Shown piece by piece: positions 27,662 through 41,265 of a DNA stretch of 64,000 nt (the stretch's first letter is position 1; every line of letters starts with the position of its first letter). A model generated the notes under the pieces. It did not search any database. It was not told the origin of the DNA and worked only from the letters and a program-made list of their open reading frames with translations. This DNA is from Octopus sinensis (taxonomy: Eukaryota), in assembly GCF_006345805.1 (NCBI RefSeq), contig NC_042998.1, positions 186,682,001-186,746,000 on the forward strand, given 5' to 3'. The translations under genes were made by a program, and so were the position numbers.

Positions 27662-27707
<46 letters not shown>

Positions 27708-28639
27708 ATATATACACACCAGAGTAAGCACATAAATGCGAAACAATGTGGAAAAAATAGTACTCGAATACCAGAGGTAGAGTAATATGCTTTATTAAAA
27801 AGCAGCAAAAATATCACAAAAACTCTGAGTAACAGTTTTTTGTGATATTTTTGTTGCTTTATAATAAAGTATATATATATATATATATGTATAATATATA
27901 TATACACATACACACACACTTAATATTTAGCAGAAGCAACAGAGTGACTCAAGGACAGAGTTTTGTCCGTTGGCACTTGTGCCAACGAAACTCACGGACC
28001 TTGAGTCACTCTGCTTCTTCTGCTAAATATTAATAAAAATATTAATAAAAATATAACCATACTCATATGTGTGTGTGTGTGTGTGTGTGTGTGTCATCGC
28101 TTGAAAACCGGTGTTAGTTTGTTTACGTCCCCGTGGCCTAGTGGTCCGGCAAAAGAAGCCGATATACAATAAGTACCAGGTTTAAAAAAAAGTACAGGGA
28201 TTGATTCGTTCGACTAAAAGCTCTTGAAAGTGGTACCTCCAGCATGGCCCCACCCTAATGACTGAAACAAATAAAAGATAAAAGATAAAAGAATACAATC
28301 AGTACCGCATGAATATTTATTGTGTTAGTTTCTTGGAACAGATCTATATTGATATATTGAAACAGCACATCGACTCAAGCCCCAGTTATTCTTTTAGTTG
28401 CCATTCTTTTGCGACCAGAATCAATCATTGTTTGATTATATATTTAACACATCTATTGTGACTTCACATTACAGCACAGCCATTTTCTTTTTTTTTTCAT
28501 TTCAAGTTGTATCGCTCTCTCAATGTTATTATTCATTTATAAAAACACGCGGTGTCTTTTCACTTTCAGGGTAGGCGGGAAGATAAGCAGAAAATACTAT
28601 ATTTATTATATATAATATTTCGTGTTAATAATTTATAAT

Positions 28640-29050
28640 TAGCGCAGGAGTGGCTGTGTGGTAAGTAGCTTGTTTACCAACCACATGGTTCCGGGTTCAG
28701 TCCCACTGCGTGGCATCTTGGGCAAGTGTCTTCTACTATAGCCTCGGGCCGACCAAAGTCTTGTGAGTGGATTTGGTAGACGGAAACCGAAAGAAGCCCG
28801 TCGTATATATGTATATATATATATATATATGTGTATGTATGTTTGTGTCTGTGTGTGTCCCCCTAGCATTGCTTGACAACCGATGATGGTGTGCTTACGT
28901 CCCCGTCACTTAGCGGTTCGGCAAAAGAGACCGATAGAATAAGTACTGGGCTTACAAAGAATAAATCCCGGGGTCGATTTGCTCGACTAAAGGCGGTGCT
29001 CCAGCATGGCCGCAGTCAAATGACTGAAACAAGTAAAAGAGTAAAGAGAG
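28640..29050 (+). mobile_element. SINE family B, full length
   Basis: Runs from the GCGCAGGAGTGGCTGTGTGG head to the AAGTAAAAGAGTAAAGAG tail. Confidence 0.9.
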
Positions 29051-29229
29051 ATTTGTCCGATAGAGATTATATACTAGGTGGCTTAAACTTGTGAATACAT
29101 TGATTTGAAACAATATGAAGGAAGTAGTTATGAAGGAAGACGAAGACAACCTTATACATTTTAGAGAAGCTTCTGTCATTTCCCAAACACATTGATAATA
29201 CATAAATGTGCATTAAATTCGTTGGTTTC

Positions 29230-29609
29230 TTGAACATACCGAGTTGTCACTATATGTACTAGGGAAAGGCGGCAAAAAAAAAAAAGGACAGTGAATACAT
29301 ACAAGGAGACCGAACAAAAACAAACATGGAGGGTCGTTAGACCAGAAGGAGGGTAAAATAGCGAACGCTGGAGAAATATTTTCTTTGAGAAAAGAAAAGA
29401 GAGAAGAGAGACAGAGATAGGATACCTCCAGTACTTAGGATAGTCCTGAAAGAAAAGAAAGATGATCACGTGAAGAAAAGAAAGATGGACGATGGTCGAG
29501 TGGGCAACGATAGAGATAAAATGAGAAAGAGAGGGAGAGATACAGATAGAAGGCGGTGAAGAGGAGAAGGTAATTAGAGAATATATATATATATATTTAA
29601 ATATATATA

Positions 29610-29643
<34 letters not shown>

Positions 29644-29810
29644 GGGAGAGTTTACGAAAAAAACAAAAGATAAGACAGGTGGTGTACAAAACAAACAGAT
29701 GTATTAGTATAACGCACAGGAATAGAAAAAGTCTTTTACGTTTCGAGCCTACGCTCTTCTACAGAAAGGGACACAGAAAAAACAAGGAGAGAAACAAGGA
29801 GATACGTATG
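29230..29810 (-). mobile_element. Penelope-like pseudo-LTR fragment with hammerhead-like motif
   Basis: Minus strand CTGTAGAAGAGCGTAGGCTCGAAACGT (29738-29768) shows stem GAGC-GTAG-GCTC followed by GAAAC, in a CT-rich context. Interrupted by (TA)n. Confidence 0.5.
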
Positions 29811-29988
29811 TATAAACACACACATATATACAATATATACACATACACAAGCATATACATATATGTTTCTATATACATACACACATATATATATACACAC
29901 ATGTATATACATAAGTATATATATATAGGCATATATATTTATACATGCATATATACACATATGTATACATATACATCTATAAGTATGC

Positions 29989-30033
<45 letters not shown>

Positions 30034-30359
30034 TACATAAATACATACATATTTATACATACATATATACATATATATACACATATATAAACATATATGC
30101 GCACGTATATATATTCACATGTATACATACATATATATATAATACATTAATATATATATATCTATATACATATAAATCTATGTTTATAGATATCTATACA
30201 TATACATCTATACATATACATCTATATATATATATATATATATGTAAATATATACATATCTATACACATATATGTATACATATACATCTATATATATGTA
30301 CATACATATATGTGCAGATATATATATACACTATATACATGCATAATATATATATATAT

Positions 30360-30402
<43 letters not shown>

Positions 30403-30442
30403 TATATTATATTATATATATAATATATATATTATATATAAA

Positions 30443-31389
30443 TATTGGCAGGCTGGCCTGCTAGGTAGCCGGCCAGAATGCTAGAATAGATCATAACGAT
30501 CAAACTACAAGGAAAATTCTCTAGAGGAAGAATTCAGCGAACCCAGAACCAAATTTGGCGGGCAGGACATATGAAAAAATAACTAAAAAACAGACTTAAA
30601 TGCATACCTCGGTTCGGTCTTAACAAAAGATTACTTTCATAATTCAAGTGTCCTGACTTCTTCAGTACATTCGGTCCTCGAGATGCAAACCGCAAGACTA
30701 ACCCCAGCTCTCTGTGTCAAGACAGACACGTGCTTAGTCTTACTGATTACATCGGGAATAAAATTTCAAATGTCTTGGTTCCGGCGCGCTAAGAGACTCC
30801 TGAAGCGAAGGGCTGCAGTGAATAATTCACTGCGGTAAAGCTTACTACTAGGGAACGTATTTATTTAAATATTTAAAAATTGAGGGAGATAATTAATATT
30901 AATATTAATACAATTTAAAACAGTAGTCAGCATTCAAAAATCTGAGAGTCAGAGAAAATTCAAATATATGTGTATATTGGCAGGCTGGCCTGCTAGGTAG
31001 CCGGCCAGAATGCTAGAAATAGATCATAAACGATCAAACTACAAGGGAAATTCTCTAGAGGAAGAATTCAGCGAACACCAGAACCAATTGGCGGGCAGGA
31101 CATATGAAAAGTTAAATAAAAAACAGACTTAAATGCATACCTCGGTTTCGTTTTCATATGTCCTGCCCGCCAAATTTGGTTCTGGTGTTCGCTGAATTCT
31201 TCCTCTAGAGAATTTCCCTTGTAGTTTGATCGTTTATGATCTATTTCTAGCATTCTGGCCGGCTACCTAGCAGGCCAGCCCTGCCAATATACACATATAT
31301 TTGAATCTTCTCTGACTCCTCAGATTTTTTGAATGCTGGACTACTGGTTTTAAATTGATATTAATATTAATATTAATTTATCTCCCTCA

Positions 31390-31393
<4 letters not shown>
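30443..31393. repeat. Direct repeat (30443-30616 / 30975-31150) plus ~240-bp fold-back (30877-31110 vs 31151-31393)
   Basis: Direct inspection; the copies differ mainly by single-base indels. Confidence 0.9.
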
Positions 31394-31423
<30 letters not shown>

Positions 31424-31639
31424 CATATGTATGTATTTATATATATGTGTGTGTGTGTGTGCATGTATATATGTAATATGAGATAATTGTTTCACTTTAA
31501 TAGTTTTACTATGTATATATTATTTACATAGTGAAAGTATTAAAAGTAAAACTATTATTTCACATTACAATTGAGATGTTATTGTTTCACTTTTGACTCG
31601 CTATACCGAGATTGCTCCGGGCACGCATTAGGCAAGAAG

Positions 31640-32680
31640 TTGAAAATTTTTATGCCCCACGACACTCCATGTGCATTAGTAAAATTTGACTGTTTGAGAA
31701 ACACAATAAGAATGATCTCGTTTTAGATTACAGCCATCTTTGGCTGGTTTGTCCCTGTTGTGTCCACTGATCTGATTGGTTGGCATGTGGCGCGGTTTGT
31801 CTCTCTAGTTATTTCGCTCCACTGTGTAAAGCCAGCCAATCACGGCCTTCGGATAAGGCCTGTTTGTTTGAGCCATTTTTTCCCTATAAAAAGGCCTGCT
31901 TTCACTATTCTTTGTCTTTCGACTCCAGACCTTTTAAGGTCTAGTCACTGACCACAGAGCTACTCAGCCATATTCCTGTTACAGCGATAGACGACCAGTC
32001 AGCCAGCCCTGCTATTGCTCCAGCTATGAAGACGCTATTATATACCAGCAACAGACAGAACGTTTTCTATCTCCGCCGCCATCATCACCATCGTCGCCAT
32101 TCCACCGTCAACAGCATGTACACATCAACAACACCGACCAAGTTTAACTCACGCTGTTAGAGTGAACCTTTCACCAAGTAAAACAGCCAGTCCATCTAAA
32201 GAAATACTATATCAAGAGACTCAGCTCGGCGCTGAGGCTCCAACCGCTGCATATTCGCCCAACCGGTCTCCGCCTCGAGACACACATCTTGTTATAGAAC
32301 TCTTGCTTCGTGTACCTAATGAAATGGTAAACTAAACTCTATCTTAACTCAATATGCTGAGACTTATCTTATGCTCTGTATTTCTGTTGTATTTACATAC
32401 ACCTTTCTCTGTACCTTCTGTCACACACACTAACACACAGACACATGTTGCATGCACACATGCTCCATCTTGCTAGCACACACAACACTTTCACTTTGTA
32501 CCATGTAAATAAAGCTATCTCGTCTCTCTTAAACAGGAACGGTTTGTTGTCCTTCATTATATCTTTTGGCACTGTATTATATGTCATGTATCTGGCTTCT
32601 CTTATCTTGTTAGGAGCGACCGTGCGACGTCAAAAGGAGACATTTGTCGCCAACCTCCTTACGTACGGTCGTATCCTACA
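31640..32680 (+). mobile_element. Solo-LTR-like element
   Basis: Ordered ATTGG (31775), CCAAT (31836), TATAAAA (31885), AATAAA (32508) and a ...ATCCTACA end. The 5' TG boundary and TSD were not found. Confidence 0.4.
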
Positions 32681-32922
32681 CATACACATACAGACGCGCG
32701 CGCGAGAACATACACACACACATTTTTATATGGGTATGTGTGTGTGGTGTGTGTGTGTGTGTGTGTGTGTGCGTGCGCATGTTTGTGTATGTGCACGTGT
32801 GTACTTGAATGGTTTACAAACGTCTTCCAGACTGCAATTGTTTTTGTTTCAGCACACGATCTCAGATCAAGTCACTTGCTATGCAAGTGCATTTCCGTAA
32901 TATATGTATATATGTATATATT

Positions 32923-32959
<37 letters not shown>

Positions 32960-34403
32960 TATATATATATATATATATAATATATATATGCATGTCTGTA
33001 TGCATGTATTTGTGTTTATATATATGAGTGTGTCTTTGTGTCCGTGTTTGTCCACCGTCATTGAATGACAACCGGTGTAGGTGTGTTTACGTCCCTGTAA
33101 CTTAACGATTCGGTAAAAGAAACCGATAGGACAAGTTCTAGGCTTTAAATATATAATTTAGTCGGTTTATTCGGCTAAAAATTCCTCAAGGCGGTGATGA
33201 AGCATGATTGTAGTTTAATGACTGATACAAGTAAAAAATAGCTTTGCTCAACCAAGATTGGTCTGGGATTAATTGACAACAGCAATTGTATTGATCTCTC
33301 AGAGATGGGTTTAAGATAGATATGAAATCTTCCTCTTAAAAGCACTTTGCCTAATTATTCTCAGATATTCTTATCCACTCATTTTATCTTCAAAGTGACT
33401 TTCCTAACACAAGCTAGCGAGATAATGTTTACACGGTCGCTTGATCTGTTAGAAATCGCAGTCAAACCACCCTTTTAAACAAGGACATAGTCATTCAATT
33501 ATGTGATCTTAAATATATTATGTCTAAAAAGAAAAAAAATGATAAATGGTTGCTCTGGAAAGCTTTTACTCATAGGTCAGCTTTGATCGAGCTGACCTGG
33601 TGTTAAATTATAACAAACTTTCTGACCTCGTTGAAAAACAAGTTACTTTTTTCTGTAATCTACTTCTCTGGCGTGGTCCTGTTATTTGCGACCAGTTATC
33701 TTTACCTGTTTTACCTATTCTCCTCATATCTATGTCACTTAAGTGCATTAGAGTAATAAATTCACTCGAAACGTTACCGTTAAAAAAAAACAAAAAAACT
33801 AGTTCATAGGTAGTTTTAAGTAACAGTTAGTGTTACCTTGTACGACCTTTTAATTCTTATTCAACATTTGACTGTATATTTGCTTTTTTTTTTTTTGTAT
33901 TTATTTTCTACAGTACCAATCAATTTGATTTAGGTTGTTGCAGATAATAATAAACAAATCTCACGATAAAACTGCCTGATTGTTGTAGAACCACACCGTT
34001 ATTCTATTAACTAGAAGTACTGCATACAACAATTTGTGCAGTAACAAATTGGCTACAGTTTATGCAAAATAGTGGGTCTGTTTGCCTCGTGTTTAACATA
34101 GCATTCGAAACTGAATATTCATTATCCATCGCATATCTTTTTTTAACACCTGACCAACTAATTAGCAAAACAGTAGAATCCGAGACAGAGTTGTTTGCGT
34201 CAGCAAAACGTAATACAAATAAGTGAAAGAGGGGAGCGATAAAAGAAAAGAAGTCTGTTTACTTATTGGGGAGGATGGTTAAGAAGTTCACTTCGCAGAT
34301 ATGGTGTCTCGGGTTCGATCCTATTGCGTGATATCTTGGACAAGTGTCGTTTACAATAATTTCGGGTTGATTCAAGCTTTGTGAGTGAATCTGTGAAGAC
34401 AGA

Positions 34404-34859
34404 GGATCTTTTCGTTTTGAACGGCAGTTTTTTCTAGCGGTGTCATATGAAATTGTCACCCATAATTATGACCCTAGTATCGATCTATTGCATTTCAATC
34501 TGTTTTAGGGTTAGGGTTAGAGTTAGGGTTAGTTTGGGTTAGTTAGGGTTAGGGTTAGGAGTGGGGGGAAGGGTATCTTTTTTTCTTCACAAATGTAAAT
34601 AAACCCAATCTGTTTCTTAAACGAGGGACATATTCATACGGCACAGAATGTTTTTCACCTCAATAGACGTCATTTATTGGTTGAAATTGCAGAAATTGAA
34701 GAAAAACAACAACAAATATCTTACAAACTATAGAAATTTCTCAATAAAGCCAAGAGAAAAATATGTTTTATAAACACATTCTACCAATATACGAAGTTTA
34801 AAAGTGTTTAGTTACATGGAAATTATTTTTAAAAACTGCCGGTCAAACCGAAAAGATCC
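34404..34859 (+). mobile_element. TTAGGG-bearing MITE inserted in a SINE
   Basis: TIRs, perfect 8-bp TSD AAGACAGA (34396-34403, 34860-34867), and the longest TTAGGG tract (~34506-34560). Confidence 0.92.
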
Positions 34860-35437
34860 AAGACAGAGATTGTTTGGAAGTCCGTCGGATAGATTTGCTT
34901 TAAATCCAAAGGTCCAGGGTTGTTATGCACTGTGTCACGCTACTTTTGCCTGAGAATTCCTTTAAGAATACACGTGTCTGTGGAATATTCAGCCATTTAT
35001 TGACAAATTCAATAAGCAGATAGTTCAGTTGATAGAACAACTGAATACTCATTGTCGAAACCGAGAGAAATCCATTTATTTATAAAATTAAAATTATTTA
35101 AGTTGGTAACATCTTTTCTCTTTCTGATAAAAGTCCTGTGTCTGAAACAACAGTAGTTTACAGTCCTAATAGCAAATCAATTTCAATAATTTTCGGAGTA
35201 GACTTCTCTCCGTCATCTTGAATTGTGTGTATTTACTCGCCTTACTTTCATCATGATTCTCCAAACACTGTATAAGCTCAAAGATAAGTTTTTGAAATGA
35301 AGAAAACAATGTTTGGCCGTTATGTACATCAGAGATGTTGAGTACACGTGTGTGTGGGGGGGGGGCATATGCATATGCTAGACACATAACTGTACACTAC
35401 TAGATCAAGGTGGATGTGTGTGGCTTAGTGGTTAGGG

Positions 35438-35656
35438 CAGTGGTTTTCAACCAGGGTTCCGCGGATCTTTAGTGTTCCGCCAGTACAGTCCAGGGGTTCC
35501 GCAAGAAGTTACAAAACTGCTAAAATCGGCAGTAATTTTTAATTCTCTTGTGCAGATATGTGTGCATAAGACTATTAAATTATTGCACAGGGGTTCCTCG
35601 AGCCAGTGGAATGTTTCCTTGGGGTTCCGCTCCAGCAAAAAGTTTGAAAAGCACTG
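35438..35656. mobile_element. hAT (Charlie-like) MITE inserted in the A-box region of a family C SINE
   Basis: TIRs CAGTGGTTTTCAA / TTGAAAAGCACTG with perfect 8-bp TSD GGTTAGGG (35430-35437, 35657-35664). Confidence 0.88.
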
Positions 35657-36162
35657 GGTTAGGGTGTTTGACTCATGATCGTAAGATTGCGGTTGCTCCA
35701 GTTTACTCAGCCGGCAAAAGTGAGTAATCCTGCGATGGACTGGCGTTCCGTCCAGGTGGAAAATATATACGCCATGGAAACCGGAAAATCAGCCCTATGA
35801 GTCTATAGGACTTTGGAAAGGATCTTTATCCCTTATTCAACTTGATCGAGATGGAGAACTCTGTGTACAGTTGCTTGGCGTACACGAAATAGATACAAAA
35901 CCTCACTAAAAAACCCCCAAAAAACCCCCTACTCCATCGTCCAAAGAGACTGAGGGAAAAAAGACGGGGTGATTATTACAGGAATGCTTTTTATCAAAGG
36001 TCTGCTTGATTAAGGGTCGACTTGATCAGATTTAGATATACACATTCATATATAAAAATAAACTCATATACACACACACATAAACATACACACCAGCGTA
36101 CTTTTTAACGCATGCACATATATTTTAAAGGAAACATTTATATGCACTCATACACATTGTTT

Positions 36163-36202
<40 letters not shown>

Positions 36203-36381
36203 TCTCTCTCGATTTTGACAATATCTGTCTGTCTGTCTCTTATATATGTTTCTTCCTATTGTTATTTTCATAAATGGATTCTGTTAGTTCTGGTACATTT
36301 TTTTCTGCAATTAAGTGTTTGCATTGCACTATATTATAATCAGCTGAGATCGCTTTCATTAGCTAATAACCACTGACACAC

Positions 36382-36420
<39 letters not shown>

Positions 36421-36465
36421 ACACACGTGTATGTTTTATATGCGTGCATGTACATATATATATAT

Positions 36466-36498
<33 letters not shown>

Positions 36499-36523
36499 CC
36501 ACACAACCACCTCCTACACATAC

Positions 36524-36567
<44 letters not shown>

Positions 36568-36618
36568 ACCCACACACACACACATACACACACACGTGTA
36601 TGTTTATATATGCGTGCA

Positions 36619-36661
<43 letters not shown>

Positions 36662-36748
36662 CCACACAAACACCTCCTACACATACAACACACACCACAC
36701 CCACACACACACCACACACACCACACACACACACACACACACCACACA

Positions 36749-36789
<41 letters not shown>

Positions 36790-37059
36790 GTAAATGTAAG
36801 CATGTGTGTTCTATGCGCTCACTGACCTCATGTTAATGATGCAGCAATTACGTACGCTCTTTATTCGATAACTTATTTCTGTTTATTACAAGTTTGACTG
36901 AATCTCATATTAAATTATAACCCAGGATCTCTTTTGTAAATTAATAAATAATTAATTGGCTCACTAGGAAATTCCTAGCTTTCTTTTTCTCCCTCGCTCC
37001 CCAGCCTCTCTCTCTCTCCCTCTCTCTCTCCCCCTCTTTCTCTTCATAGACTTGTTATG

Positions 37060-37291
37060 TTAAGGTCCGCCATTTTAATACCATTGTCGAAATCAAGAAC
37101 GCATCGCAGAAGGTCCTCGATTTGCGTACGGAAAACCACTGCCAGGCCGGTTTCCAAAAGTGGCAGGAACGCTGGGGCCGGTGTATTGATGTGCAAGGTG
37201 ACCATTTCGAGGGAAATTATGCTAAAACTTAGGTAAATAAGTTACTTTCTATTAAACATAACGAGCCCGAGAACTTCTTGATATCATCTCG
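37060..37291 (+). pseudogene. Mariner transposase C-terminal fragment with 3' TIR
   Basis: Translation RHFNTIVEIKNASQKVLDLRTENHCQAGFQKWQERWGRCIDVQGDHFEG is typical of a mariner C-terminus. The TIR ...GAGAACTTCTTGATATCATCTCG is followed by TA. Confidence 0.75.
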
Positions 37292-38249
37292 TATTTAGAA
37301 GCTACAGCAATTACTCTAAAGCCTGGTTCCCCAAACAAGATACTTAAATAGCGCTTACTGAATCCATCAATTCCATTTTTACCACTAACACCAAAAAACT
37401 TAAAATATTATCAATATCGGATTCAACCACATAAATATACCACATGCATGCACTGAAAATAAAAATGCTTCGAATTACATACAATATCACCTCCACAACG
37501 TCCTCAGAAACAACAACATAGTGTACAAACAATATATGAGATTTATCAAGGATGGGTAACATGCAGTTTAGTGTCGAAAAAATTCAAAGTAAATTGTACT
37601 GGAAGTGACAGCAACGAAATCCCTTAATTTCAGAAATATGGGTTCTTAGTTATATATTATCCTATAGTGATGATAGCGTGAGCATTTCTAAAATAGCAGT
37701 TGATGTATGCCGCTGCATTGTAGTACACTCAACAATGAGCACTGGTGAAAAGCAACAGGGCCTCATACGTTAGTTTAGGTCACATATATACAGTTGTGAA
37801 GTTCTTTAAATTTTACTGACCCGACAATAAGAGCATCCATACATAGACTATCGAAAGGCGGTGGATACTCCACAAAAAGAATCCCAGAAAACTATGTCGA
37901 ACGAATGATGCTTTATCTACATGGTCATCTATTATGATTATATGAAGCAAAACTGGTTCAGAAACCGAGAAAAGGCTAAATGTATGTTTTATACATGCCT
38001 TTCATTTTATATAAATATAATTAACTTATGGGATTTCACTGTCGTTACTTGCAATTTCTATAATTTACTTTTACATTTTTAGGACTCTAAACTGCATGTT
38101 AACCCTTATGGGTTATACCAGCCCTGTCTGATGCTCCCTAATCTTTTCTTAGAAACCACAATGAACTTTAAAAAAGACTATAACTACTCCCTTCATAAAG
38201 AACCAAAATTACTAAGATGAGAGAACAGCTTGATATACGAAGGACGCAG

Positions 38250-38930
38250 TACCCGTCTCTGCAAGCATAACTTCGAAGCAAACAAATCATCATCATCCTT
38301 CGACCAGCCTATGGTTGGTTGGAGCTCCATTGACAATACTTTTCCACACTACTGTGTTCAGATCTCTAATATCCAGCCCTGAGTCCCGAGATATAGTATC
38401 TGAAAATGTCAGGGATACCATAGGAGCAGGGATGAGATAACTTCTTTCTCCGCTCGATGGCAGTGGCCAGCAAATTGTAACCGTTTCTGCTTTAGCTTGA
38501 GGGATATTGGTATCCGATATCCGTAGATGTTACTAAATGTTGGGTGTGATATCCAACTGATGTTCTGTATCTTTCTGAGCAGGATGGTATATTTTCCATC
38601 TAGTTGTTTTTCTAAGAGAGCCGATAAGGTCCAGGTCTCTGATCCATAGAGAAGGACCGGTTCGGTCAGTCTTCTAAATATTTTAACTTTTAACGTAGGT
38701 GGAAGGTTTGAGTGCCAGATCTTATCAAGTCTATTACATGCATCCCAAGCAAGAGCTTTGCGGATGCCAAAGTCCTTTTGGGAGTCTACTATGCGTGATC
38801 CAAGATATTTGAATTCGTCAACGTTTTTGATTGATATATTATTGAGCGATTTAAGTTCAGTTAACTCGGAAGAGGTCGTGATAAATTCTGTCTTACTCTC
38901 TAAATGTACAACATCCCAGAACACTACTCA
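38250..38930 (-). pseudogene. RTE-clade LINE fragment (RT thumb/C-terminal region)
   Basis: ORF 38409-38924 contains VDEFKYLGS...KVKIFRRLTEPVLLYGSETWTL...RLQFAGHC, characteristic RTE motifs. Confidence 0.88.
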
Positions 38931-39276
38931 TAGGGGAAACCAAGATTTCGATCGGGGGTTAGGAGCTCTCAATATTTAAAATGGATCCATCACCAGCCAT
39001 AAACCTGTCGAGCCCTCTCTGGCAATGGAAGTGCTACTACAATACTATCCCAAAAGCAATATCACCCATTCAGTCCAGATACACATATACACGCGCGCGC
39101 ACAAAAAAGAAGCGCAGCTGGTGCCGTATAGCTGAGTTCATTTCACTCGACTCTATTTTGGGTACCACCAGAATCAGCAAAAGCCTTTATACAGTCGCTT
39201 GAGCTACTAAAAGTAGCAGCCAAATTTCCCTCGAGGCCCACTCCACTATCTTAAACACGTTGGAAACACTGTATAC

Positions 39277-39668
39277 TCTTTTACTCTTTTTTACTTGTTT
39301 CAGTCATTTGACTGCGGCCATGCTGGAACACCGCCTTTAGTTGAATCAAATCGACCCCAGGACTTATTCTTTGTAAGCCTAGTACTTATTCTATCGGTCT
39401 CTTTTGCCGAACCGTTAAGTTACGGGGACCTAAACACACCAGCATCGGTTGTCAAGCGATGTTGGGGGGACAAACACAGATACACGACACGCACACACAC
39501 ATACGACAGGCTTCTTTCAGTTTCCGTCTACCAAATCCACTCACAAGGTTTTGGTCGGCCCGAGGCTATAGTAAAAGACACTTGCCCAAGGTGCAACGCA
39601 GTAGGACTGAACCCGGAACCATGTGGTTCGTAAGCAAGCTACTTACCACACAGCCACTCCTGCGCCTA
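39277..39668 (-). mobile_element. SINE family B, full length
   Basis: Matches family B head to tail. Confidence 0.9.
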
Positions 39669-39941
39669 TGAAGTATGTTGAAGTTCTATATTTACAAAAA
39701 GACACAAACATCTTCCATCTCAATCGGTACTTAAACAACAACGAATATGCAGAAGTAGATGATTAGATTACAACATATCCAAACTGTCAAATAGCAACTA
39801 TCAAAATGTCAGCCACTGCTGTATGGGACAACCCAATATGATTGAGATGTACGTGATACAGTTTTTTAGTTTGGACATTACAACATCAGAAGAAGTGGGA
39901 CCCGTGGATCGTACCCAATTAGTTTAACCGACTATCCATGG

Positions 39942-40167
39942 GCGAGCTGGCAGAAACGTTAGCGCGCCGGGCGAAGTGCTTAGCGGTATTTCGTCTGTTA
40001 TATTCTGAGTTCAAATTCCGCCGAGGTCGACTTTACCTTTCATCCTTTCGAGGTCGATAAATAAAGTACCAGTTTCGCACTGGGGTCAATGTAATTGACT
40101 TACTCCCTTTGTCTGTCCTTGTTTGTCCCCTCTATGTTTAGCCCCTTGTGGGCAGTAAAGAAATATA
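39942..40167 (+). mobile_element. SINE family A
   Basis: Family A match flanked by TATCCATG repeats. Confidence 0.88.
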
Positions 40168-40265
40168 TCCATGTGGTGACTCTGTTCGATTAGGGTTGAC
40201 TGTTGCGATAAAGTAATATAACAAGAACAACTTGGAAGTGAAGTGAGGTCGAAATAAATAGTCAC

Positions 40266-40306
40266 ATGGCAAAAGACAATCGAACAATCTGGGTTGGAAT
40301 AGCTGG
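40266..40306 (+). CDS. Candidate first coding exon MAKDNRTIWVGIAG
   Basis: CACATGG start context with an in-frame upstream TGA, ending in the consensus donor GG|GTAAGT (40307). The downstream exon was not identified. Confidence 0.35.
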
Positions 40307-40934
40307 GTAAGTAGTAAAACCAGCACACGAATTTAAATGTGTAAAGAAATACTTTGAGTCAAAACAGCCGCAACTTCATTATTATTTATTTATTTATCTT
40401 TCTATTTATTTTGGCTTTGTGTGCTATTCATCACGATTTATCGACCTTCCGACAAAACCAAGTATCTATCTGTTCTATCCCACGTTCACTTCTATCCCGT
40501 CTGTTTGTCATATTTATCAAAACAGTTCGCTATTCGGAAAGTTGGTGTTCCTATTGTTACCGTTGCCGAAGCAGTTGTGTGTTATTTTGTCTTTTCCTTC
40601 TCTATTTTCATAAATCCGTTTGTATTTCTATCAAATAAATTAAGTTTAACAATTGTTATATAGAGCGCTGTGACCTGAAAAACTGGTTTCATAGTCCATG
40701 AGAATGACATGAAACTGTGTACAGATAATATACAATACACGAGACACATATCTCTGGCTAAAACTGAAATATCTATATATCTAATATCTATGCACGGCCT
40801 CTAGAAAGTATAATGGATAGTTGTAGTCATGGCTACTTACAAGAAAAATCGATAACAATATCGACTTATTGGTTACCAAGTTTGATTGGATACGTGCAAA
40901 TATTACTACTAGTTCGGAACCACGTAATTGACAC

Positions 40935-41265
40935 TCTCTCTCTCTCTCTCCCTCCCCTCTGTCTTTATCTCTATTACTCACTCGATCACTCACTCACTCA
41001 CTCACTCACTCACTCACTCACTCACACTCTCTATTACTCGATCGTTCACTCGTTCAGTCATTCATTCACTCTCTCTCTCTCCTCCTCTCCCTCTCCCCTC
41101 TCCTCTCAACCCCACTCTCTGTCTCTCAGTCTCTTTGTCTCTCTGTCTCTCTGTCTCTCTCTGTCTCTCTCTGTCTCTGTCTGTCTGTCCGTCTGTCTGT
41201 CTATCTGTCTCTGTCCTCTCCTCTCTCTCTCTCTCTTCTCGTCTCTCTCTCTCTCTCTCTCTCTT
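40935..41265. repeat. Compound (CACT)n/(CT)n/(CTGT)n microsatellite
   Basis: Direct inspection. Confidence 0.9.

Noticed and set aside
29679-30464. 261-aa ORF
   Set aside because: Degenerate (TA/CA)n low-complexity sequence plus a PLE-like fragment.
34506-34560. True telomere or chromosome fusion site
   Set aside because: The TTAGGG tracts are short and always internal to the same MITE.
37344-37562. Transmembrane-looking 72-aa ORF
   Set aside because: The hydrophobic bias is expected from T-rich strand composition; no motif or splice support.
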